Of a DNA stretch of 64,000 nt, positions 9,130 through 15,713 are shown piece after piece. Position 1 is the stretch's first letter. Each line of letters begins with the position of its first letter. The notes under the pieces were generated by a model. It was given only the letters and a program-made list of their open reading frames with translations. It was not told where the DNA came from and ran no database searches. The position numbers and the translations under genes were made by a program. Origin of the DNA: Candidatus Multivorans sp. (lineage in GTDB: Bacteria; Acidobacteriota; Thermoanaerobaculia; Multivoradales; Multivoraceae); NCBI GenBank assembly GCA_965224025.1, contig OZ245033.1, positions 4,983,676 through 5,047,675 of the forward strand. Reading direction: 5' to 3'.

Positions 9130-11001
9130 GTGCGCGAAGGCCCGCAGGTGGCGCCCGCAAGCGGTGCGACCCTCGCCGTCTGGCGGCGCGACTCGACAAT
9201 CGGCCTGTTGTCCGGTGCGCTGCTGTTCGGGGGGCCCATCTCGATCGCCCACCTTCTGCACAACCGGGTCGAGAGTCCGGTCACGGCGCTCGCGTCGCTG
9301 GTTCTGTTTGCGCTGCTCTACGGCTGCGGAGTCGGAGCGGCGCTCGGCGCTTTGGGTTGGCTGCTGCGGGTGGCGGCGTTCCCCCGCTTCAGGCTTACCG
9401 GCGACCCGGCGGTCTTGGCCGCCTGCCTCCTGAACCAGGCCTTCTTTCAGCCGGTCGTCTTCTATGGCCTGACCTACGAGCAGGTTCCGTGGTTCGAACC
9501 GCGGAGTTTCTCGGGCATGGCGCTGTTCCTGATCGCCGCCGGCATCCTGCTGGGCAGCGTCGTCTGGCTGGCGACGCTGGCGGTCGCCGCCGGTATCCGG
9601 CGTCTTGCGGCCGGCGGGCAGTTTCGGCGGCTCCTGGCCGCTGGCGCGGCAGTCCTCGCCGCCGCGCACCTGGCCCTGCCCATCGCCTTCCGGCTCTCGC
9701 CCGAGGCCGAGCCGGCGCCGTTCGACCCGGCAGCTCTGATCGCTCACCCCGGTCAGCCAGTTGCCCTCCTCGGCTTCGACGGCTTGGACCCGGACCTTCT
9801 TCTCGAGCTGATCGACGACGACCAACTGCCGAACCTTGCGGAGTTCGTCCGCGAGGGCGCATTCGGCCGTCTCGACACGTTCCCCGGCGCCAACTCGGCC
9901 GTGATCTGGGCCTCGCTCTACACCGGAGAGTCGCCCGCCCGCCACCGCGTCCACGACTTCTATCGCGTGCGCTTCCCCGGCGCCGGCGCCGGCCTGTTCC
10001 CGGTCCACCGGACCTACTTCAAGGAGCTGATCGATCGTCTCGCCTGGGCGCCGGGGATCTCGCGGCGCTTCGTCAACCGCCTCGATCTGCGCTCGCCGCC
10101 GATCTGGGAGATCGCGGACCGGGCGGGTGTCCCGACCGCCGTCGTCGACGGCTACTTCTACTCCTTCCCGGCCCAGCCTCAGCTCGATCCGGGAAGCCGG
10201 CTGCTCGCCTACGGCTTGAACGACGCCCTGGCGAGTTCCGGGAACGCGGATGCTTCCCCTGGGAACGCGGGCGTCCGGCCCGCATCCGGGTCCGCAGACC
10301 CGACCCTCGCCTGGTTCGCCCAGCCGCCCGATCTGCCGTCAGAAATCGAGGGCGCGGCGGCCGGGCACGCCGACCTCGCGTGGCAGAGCCGGGCGGCCGT
10401 GGCGCTGCTCGAGCACCGCGCGCGCCGCGGCCAGACGCCGCCCCGTTTCTTCAGCCTCTACACCCACGAACCGGACACCGTCTCGCACCAGCGCTGGCGC
10501 TGGGCCGAGCCGGAGCGGTTTCCCTTCGTGTCGCGCCCCGGCATCGACGAGCACGGCCAGTCGGTGGCGGACGTCTACCGGCGGATCGACGCCCTGGTCG
10601 GCGAGCTGCGGCGCGCCCTCGGCCCCGAGACGGTCTTCGTGATCGCTTCGGACCACGGCCAGTCGCCGACCTTCGTCCATCGTCTCTACACTCAGCACCG
10701 GCACGGCCCGGACGGCGTCCTGCTGCTCCACGGGCCGGGCGTCCGTCGGGGTCACCGGCTCGACAGCAGCCACGTGCTCGACGTCTTCCCGACCGTCCTG
10801 GCGCTGCTCGGTTTGCCGGTGCCCGCCGATACCGAAGGCAAGGTGCTGGATGGCGCGTTCGAGGCGGCGCCGGGCGCTGGGTCGCGGGCCCGGATCCCGA
10901 CCTATCGCGGCGCCTGGGAACCCGTCGACACGGTGGGAGGTACGGATGTCGAGCGGACGCGGCAGGAGATCGAGCGTCTAAAGGCGATGGGGTACCTGTA
11001 G
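9130..11001 (+). CDS. Membrane-anchored alkaline phosphatase-superfamily protein
   Basis: N-terminal TM helices, GFDGLD, ASDHG, C-terminal ERLKAMGYL. Confidence 0.75.
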   Translation: MREGPQVAPASGATLAVWRRDSTIGLLSGALLFGGPISIAHLLHNRVESPVTALASLVLFALLYGCGVGAALGALGWLLRVAAFPRFRLTGDPAVLAACLLNQAFFQPVVFYGLTYEQVPWFEPRSFSGMALFLIAAGILLGSVVWLATLAVAAGIRRLAAGGQFRRLLAAGAAVLAAAHLALPIAFRLSPEAEPAPFDPAALIAHPGQPVALLGFDGLDPDLLLELIDDDQLPNLAEFVREGAFGRLDTFPGANSAVIWASLYTGESPARHRVHDFYRVRFPGAGAGLFPVHRTYFKELIDRLAWAPGISRRFVNRLDLRSPPIWEIADRAGVPTAVVDGYFYSFPAQPQLDPGSRLLAYGLNDALASSGNADASPGNAGVRPASGSADPTLAWFAQPPDLPSEIEGAAAGHADLAWQSRAAVALLEHRARRGQTPPRFFSLYTHEPDTVSHQRWRWAEPERFPFVSRPGIDEHGQSVADVYRRIDALVGELRRALGPETVFVIASDHGQSPTFVHRLYTQHRHGPDGVLLLHGPGVRRGHRLDSSHVLDVFPTVLALLGLPVPADTEGKVLDGAFEAAPGAGSRARIPTYRGAWEPVDTVGGTDVERTRQEIERLKAMGYL

Positions 11002-11061
11002 CGATCGGCTGACCACGAAGTGGTCGCCGACCTTTGGCCGGCGCGTGTTTCTGGCCGCCTT

Positions 11062-11157
11062 AGTCGGTTAGTGCGAGAAACCGTGCGAGTTGTGCGAGAG
11101 TTAGTGCGAGAAAGGGACGGGTAGATGCGGGTGGATGCGGGTAAATGCGGGTGAGTG
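11062..11157 (+). repeat. Left-end repeats of the phage-like element
   Basis: TTAGTGCGAGAAA at 11068 and 11101, GTGCGAG at 11083 and 11092, then four 10-bp CGGGTRRRTG units (11118-11157). Confidence 0.9.
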
Positions 11158-11390
11158 TGGCGCGGCTCGTGGCGGCGCTCAGCGACGCAGGAGTGGTGGA
11201 CCCGGGACGGGTGGCGCAGGAGCTCGGACGACGGTGCGCCGGCATGCGCGTGCCAACCGAGGCGGCTGTGGAGCGCACCGTGACGGCGGCCGAGCGGTCA
11301 GAGCTGGCGCGATGCGTGGGGAGCGCCGAGGAGCTGGAGGACGCGGCGGGAATCAGTCGGCGCCACGCGAGGCGACTGAAAGGGGTCTAG
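11145..11390 (+). CDS. Small HTH protein, possibly a Mor/C-like activator
   Basis: C-terminal AEELEDAAGISRRHARRL HTH-like segment; Mu-like context. Confidence 0.4.
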   Translation: MRVSVARLVAALSDAGVVDPGRVAQELGRRCAGMRVPTEAAVERTVTAAERSELARCVGSAEELEDAAGISRRHARRLKGV

Positions 11391-12402
11391 CGCTGATCGC
11401 CACTGCGCCGGCATCGAGCATGGCCGCGAGGCGGGGGTCCCAGTCCGGGTCCGCATCGAGCCGCTCGACGCAGCTCGGGTGTAGCGACTGAACGGCGGCG
11501 CCGGTGTGCGGCACAGGGCGACAGAACGGCGGCCACACCCGATAGAGGCCGCCCCGCGAAACGCCGATCGGCGCCAGCGGGTCTGGGTCGGGATGGTCAC
11601 CCTCTCGAGGGTGGACAGACAGGCCGGCCGCCGCGATGTGCTGCCACATCCAGTTCAGGGCAATGTCCGACAGCCCCCGCACGGCCCGGCCGCCGCCGAC
11701 GTCGCTGTGCACGCCGGGAAACCAGACCTGGTGCAGTTGCTGTCGCGCCCCCGGCGCGTTGCGCCAGAGTGTCGGACGGAACGGGCGACGGGCTTCGTCG
11801 ATCGCGAGGGCGTGGCATGCGATCTCGACGTGGTCGCCCAAAGAGACGTCGTGGAAGCGGTGGCGTCCAGCAGACAGCCAGTCCAGCGGCTCGGGGACGC
11901 CCAGAGCTCCGACAGTGTCCCAGACTCCGACAAATCGAATCGGGGCGTGCCGGCCGAGCAATTGTTCGGCGACCGCCATTCGCTGTTTGCCGGATCGATA
12001 TACCGCCATCGCCTGCCGGGCGACTCGCCGAGAGTCGGCCGCTCGCTTCCTCGTCGCCCTGTCCCACTCGGGGACGGAGGGGATGCCGCACAGTCCGATC
12101 AGGCCGGCGAGGCTGCGGGCGGTATAGGCGCCGCGGCTGTAGCCGAGAGCCCAGATCCTGTCGTCCGGATCCCAGACTTCAACAAGCCAGGCATACGCAT
12201 CCTCGACGTTTTTTTGCAGCCCGAGGCCGAACGCGCCGCCGCGGAAACGGTCCCATCGACCCGTGCCGACGCCGGGGTCGTAGTACGTCTTGACGCCTTG
12301 CTTGACCGCATGCCAGGTGCGGCAGACGTTCGTCGGCCGCACCGCGTCCGCCTCGTTCCAGGTCCCGTCGAACAGGAGCACCAAGTCTGACCCGTGCCTC
12401 AC
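11353..12402 (-). CDS. DUF2235 alpha/beta hydrolase (Tle1-like phospholipase domain)
   Basis: DGTWN, YDPGVGT, GYSRGA, GVWDTV, HALAIDE, WFPGVHSDVGGG; GTG start overlaps the upstream TGA. Confidence 0.88.
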   Translation of the reverse strand: MRHGSDLVLLFDGTWNEADAVRPTNVCRTWHAVKQGVKTYYDPGVGTGRWDRFRGGAFGLGLQKNVEDAYAWLVEVWDPDDRIWALGYSRGAYTARSLAGLIGLCGIPSVPEWDRATRKRAADSRRVARQAMAVYRSGKQRMAVAEQLLGRHAPIRFVGVWDTVGALGVPEPLDWLSAGRHRFHDVSLGDHVEIACHALAIDEARRPFRPTLWRNAPGARQQLHQVWFPGVHSDVGGGRAVRGLSDIALNWMWQHIAAAGLSVHPREGDHPDPDPLAPIGVSRGGLYRVWPPFCRPVPHTGAAVQSLHPSCVERLDADPDWDPRLAAMLDAGAVAISARPLSVASRGAD

Positions 12403-12806
12403 CGCCGCCCCTTCCAGGCACGCAAGCCTTCGATGACCCTGGTCGCCTCTGCGCTCGTGCGGACGCTTGTCAGCCGTTGGCTGCGCTCCAGCCACGTCGC
12501 GAGCGCCGCCTCGGTCAAACCAAGCTCGGCGCGCAGGTCGTCGATCAGGCGCCGCTGAGAAGCGGTTACCATACGGACGACGCCGGCCGGGAGTCGGGCC
12601 GGCGGCCGGCCCCTCGGCCGGCGCTTCGGCTTGGGCACGCCCAGGCGGCGCAGCAGTTCGCTGGCGTCGCGGATGTTCAGATCCGTGCAGCTCTTCGCGC
12701 CCCACCCCTCGTCGAGCATCCGTTCGTAGGTCTCCCTGTCGACGCCGGCGGCGCTCCTGGCGGTGTGGATGGCGCGAACCTGCGACGCCGTGATCGGGGC
12801 GGTCAT
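12399..12806 (-). CDS. GemA/DUF1018-like protein (Mu gp16-like)
   Basis: RAIHTARSAAGVDRETYERML...SCTDL...ATRVIEGLRAW pattern. Confidence 0.75.
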   Translation of the reverse strand: MTAPITASQVRAIHTARSAAGVDRETYERMLDEGWGAKSCTDLNIRDASELLRRLGVPKPKRRPRGRPPARLPAGVVRMVTASQRRLIDDLRAELGLTEAALATWLERSQRLTSVRTSAEATRVIEGLRAWKGRR

Positions 12807-12807
12807 C

Positions 12808-13263
12808 TCACCCTTCCCGTGTTGCCTCGCTGTCGCCCGCCTCGCTCTCGTCAAGCGCGTCGAGCTTTGCCTGGTGTGCGACATCGATCCGGGTTACCGC
12901 TTCCTCGTAGGCGCCGCCGAGCGCCGCCTTGCCCGCGGTCCACCGCTCATTCCATTCGGAACGGACGCCGGCGATCGCTTTGCCGCGGTTTCGGTTCCAC
13001 TGGTGGGTGAAGGCGAGCTCGTCTGCTCGGTACTTTGCCGCGGCGGCACTTCTCGCCTCGCCGCGCTCGCGTTCGAGGTCGCGGATGCGTCGTCGGCGGA
13101 CCCATTCCCGGTCCTTTTTGGCCCGCTGCTCGAGGTAGGCGCGGTAGCGCTCGGCTTGACGTCGCCGGATGGCTTCGCGCTTGGCCTGGTAGTCCTTGGC
13201 GGCCTGGTAGCGCTCGTGGAAATCGGCCCGGATGCGGTCCGCGTCTTCGTGCGTGACCACCAC
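12808..13263 (-). CDS. Hypothetical charged helical phage protein, possibly 5'-truncated
   Basis: Stop lies 1 bp from the gemA-like start; no clear RBS. Confidence 0.5.
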   Translation of the reverse strand: MVVTHEDADRIRADFHERYQAAKDYQAKREAIRRRQAERYRAYLEQRAKKDREWVRRRRIRDLERERGEARSAAAAKYRADELAFTHQWNRNRGKAIAGVRSEWNERWTAGKAALGGAYEEAVTRIDVAHQAKLDALDESEAGDSEATREG

Positions 13264-13264
13264 G

Positions 13265-13351
13265 GACGAGCAGCCCGTGCCGCTGATCGCGCCGGCGACT
13301 CCGACGCTGACGCGCGCCGGCCTGCGCGGCTTCCGCGGGGCGATCGGATGA
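13265..13351 (+). pseudogene. 3' remnant of a gene upstream of the tail terminator (Mu gp36-like C-terminus?)
   Basis: DEQPVPLIAPATPTLTRAGLRGFRGAIG* with ATGA overlap on the next start; no convincing own start. Confidence 0.45.
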
Positions 13352-13830
13352 GCGAGGGCCGCATGTCCCTGGACGCCTGGCGCGAGCGTCTCGAGACGTT
13401 CCAGCCCCGGAGCCTCACGGTGGACGGCGAGGCGCCGCCGCCGCTCGGCGAGGACGTGGACATCGACGCGACGACGGTCGACGAGGCCGCCCGCGCCGGC
13501 GCCCGCCGCGACGGCCTGTGGCTGGTCTGGTCTGCGGAGACCGGGCCGTCGAGCGACATCATCGGCAGGACGAGGCAGTTGCGCCGCGCCGAGGTGGTCG
13601 TGCTGTCCCGCGTGGCCGATCGCCGCGCCGGCGCGCCGTTCTCGGCCCAGGATGCCCTGGACCGGCTGCGGGCGCGAGTGGACGCCGCGCTGCTCGGCTG
13701 GATCCCTCCGGGCGCGATGACGCCCGTCGATTTCGTGCGCGGCGCAGCCCTGGCGCCGGGCAAGGACGGCGCCGCCTGGTGGGCCGACGCCTACGCCGCC
13801 GACCGCCTAGTTTCCGCGGACGGAGCATGA
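13348..13830 (+). CDS. Phage tail terminator / Gp37-like protein
   Basis: LRARVDAALLGWIP...WWADAY; lies immediately before the tail tube gene. Confidence 0.65.
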   Translation: MSEGRMSLDAWRERLETFQPRSLTVDGEAPPPLGEDVDIDATTVDEAARAGARRDGLWLVWSAETGPSSDIIGRTRQLRRAEVVVLSRVADRRAGAPFSAQDALDRLRARVDAALLGWIPPGAMTPVDFVRGAALAPGKDGAAWWADAYAADRLVSADGA

Positions 13831-13843
13831 GGAGGAGGATGCG

Positions 13844-14854
13844 ATGACGTTGTTGGCGATGAAGAAGGTGTTGCTCTACAAGCCGGAGGCGGCCTACGGC
13901 GTGGCGCCCGCCGCCTTCACCGGCGCCGACGCGATCGAGGTGCACGAGCCGGATCTGACGGCGCTCGACGGCGGCACCGTGAGCCGGGAGCTGATGTGGC
14001 CGTATTTCGGGGCCAGCGACCCGGTCCAGGTCGACTCGCACGTGCGGCTGGCCTTCAGCGTGGAGCTGACGAGCGGGGGCGGCTTCACGCCCGCCACCGA
14101 GGCGATCTCGGCGCCGAAGTTCGGGGGCCTGCTCAAGGCGTGCGGGATGAAGGAGACGACCGGCAAGGCGGCCGTGGCCGACACCAACAACTCGAAAGTC
14201 GAGTACGCGCCGGAGACGAACGCCTCCGGCTCCTCGGTGACGCTGATCTGGAACATGGACGGCCAGCAGCACAGGCTGCTCGGCGCCCGCGGCACCTGGA
14301 CGCTGGAGTTCGCCAGCAAGGAAATCCCCCGGATCCGGTTCGAGTTCACGGGGCTATGGGCCTCGCCGAGCTCCATAACCCAGATCGACCCGGGGGGCTA
14401 CGTCGGCTGGCAGGAGGCCGTCGCGGGCTCGAACGCGGCGTCCACGTTTTTGATCCACGGCACGCACGACCTGGCGCTCCACCGGCTGTCCGTCGCCCTC
14501 GGCGCGCAACCGGTGCACCGCGAGGTGGTGGGCGCCGACAACGACGTGCCGATCACCGGCCGCGAGACGACGGGCAGCGTGACGATGGACGCCGAGAAGC
14601 TGCTGGCCTGGAACCCGTTCCGCCTGGCGCAGAAGGCGACCAAGGACGCGCTGCAGCTCGCGCACGGCTTCACCGACTCGGCGAAGAGCATGCTCGCGGC
14701 CGGGAACCGCGGCAAGATCGTGGTGCTCGACGCCCCGCAGGTCGTGCTCTCCGAGCCGCGCTACGGCGACGACCAGGGCGTGGCCACGATCGAGGCGACG
14801 CTGACGATGGTGCCGGAAAGCGGCAACGACGAAGTGAAGTTGACGTTCCAGTGA
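13844..14854 (+). CDS. Phage tail tube protein (non-contractile)
   Basis: KPEAAYGVAP, LLKACGM, LLGARG, SGNDEVKLTF; GAGGAGG RBS. Confidence 0.85.
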   Translation: MTLLAMKKVLLYKPEAAYGVAPAAFTGADAIEVHEPDLTALDGGTVSRELMWPYFGASDPVQVDSHVRLAFSVELTSGGGFTPATEAISAPKFGGLLKACGMKETTGKAAVADTNNSKVEYAPETNASGSSVTLIWNMDGQQHRLLGARGTWTLEFASKEIPRIRFEFTGLWASPSSITQIDPGGYVGWQEAVAGSNAASTFLIHGTHDLALHRLSVALGAQPVHREVVGADNDVPITGRETTGSVTMDAEKLLAWNPFRLAQKATKDALQLAHGFTDSAKSMLAAGNRGKIVVLDAPQVVLSEPRYGDDQGVATIEATLTMVPESGNDEVKLTFQ

Positions 14855-14882
14855 GCGGACCCCCTGGTCGAGGAGGAATCGC

Positions 14883-15290
14883 ATGACGTTCAGGCTGGCC
14901 GACCCCGACGCCGTCTACGAGACGGCGGTCACGATCTCGGTGCCCGCTTCCGGCGGACCGGAGGAGCGGGAATTCACGGCGCACTTCCGGCTGCCGGCCC
15001 CCGCGGCCGTCCGGGCCGCGGCTCTCGAAGGCGACCCGCAGTTCATGCTCTGCGTCCTCGCCGGCTGGGACGGCATCGAGGGCCACGACGGCAAGCCGCT
15101 CGATTTCTCGCCCGCGAACGTCGAGAAGCTGGCCGGGATCGCCTACTTCGCGCGCGGCGTGGCCGCCGCTTTCGAGCGCTTCTCGCTCGGGCTGCCGGGA
15201 AAAACGCCCGCGCGGTCGGCCGGCGGTTCGTCGCTCGCCGCGGCCGCGACGACCGACAGGAAGACGCGCGGGCGTTCGGCATCGACGTAG
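14883..15290 (+). CDS. Tail assembly chaperone (gpG-like)
   Basis: GWDGIEGHDGKPLDFS motif; slippery G GGA AAA at 15197-15203. Confidence 0.8.
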   Translation: MTFRLADPDAVYETAVTISVPASGGPEEREFTAHFRLPAPAAVRAAALEGDPQFMLCVLAGWDGIEGHDGKPLDFSPANVEKLAGIAYFARGVAAAFERFSLGLPGKTPARSAGGSSLAAAATTDRKTRGRSAST

Positions 15291-15565
15291 GGGCTGTTGT
15301 CCGCGAGGAGCCGGCGTGCTGGGTGCTACCTTCGGCGTGGGACGCCGCGCGAGCGTTCTCGGCCTGCGCGACCCAGTGGCGGATCGGCCCTGCCGGCGGG
15401 CTGCTGGGCCTGGACTACGCGGGCGCCCGGGCCGCGGTGCGGGGCGTGACCGCGGACGGCCTGGGCAAGGAGGCGTCGGGCCGCTCGCTGCGCTGGCGGC
15501 GGGTATTCGAGCTGCTGCGCGAGATGGAGGCCGCGGCGCTCGACGCGCAGCCGCGGTGGCGGTGA
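15203..15565 (+). CDS. gpT-like / DUF1799 segment reached by -1 frameshift
   Basis: The -1 frame is open from 15203 and contains ATQWRIG...GLDY...LREMEAAAL. Confidence 0.75.
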   Translation, partial: NARAVGRRFVARRGRDDRQEDARAFGIDVGAVVREEPACWVLPSAWDAARAFSACATQWRIGPAGGLLGLDYAGARAAVRGVTADGLGKEASGRSLRWRRVFELLREMEAAALDAQPRWR

Positions 15566-15580
15566 CCGAGCCCGCCCGCC

Positions 15581-15697
15581 TCAGCGTTGCTGGTCGGCGG
15601 CGAACGAGAGGGCGGCGATGACGGCCCGGATCACCAGCGCGCAGGCGGTGCCGCCGATTACTGCCGCGTACAGCGTCATGATGACAAACCCCCACAT
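15581..15697 (-). CDS. Small antisense hydrophobic peptide (38 aa)
   Basis: MWGFVIMTLYAAVIGGTACALVIRAVIAALSFAADQQR fills the gap before the tape measure gene. Confidence 0.35.
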   Translation of the reverse strand: MWGFVIMTLYAAVIGGTACALVIRAVIAALSFAADQQR

Positions 15698-15713
15698 GGG
15701 GGAACCCTAGCAA

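Noticed and set aside
11062-11157. CRISPR array at the short repeats (also 26353-26410 and 55067-55258)
   Set aside because: Repeats are 10-13 bp or tandem without unique spacers, and no cas genes are visible; element ends and a coding VNTR explain them
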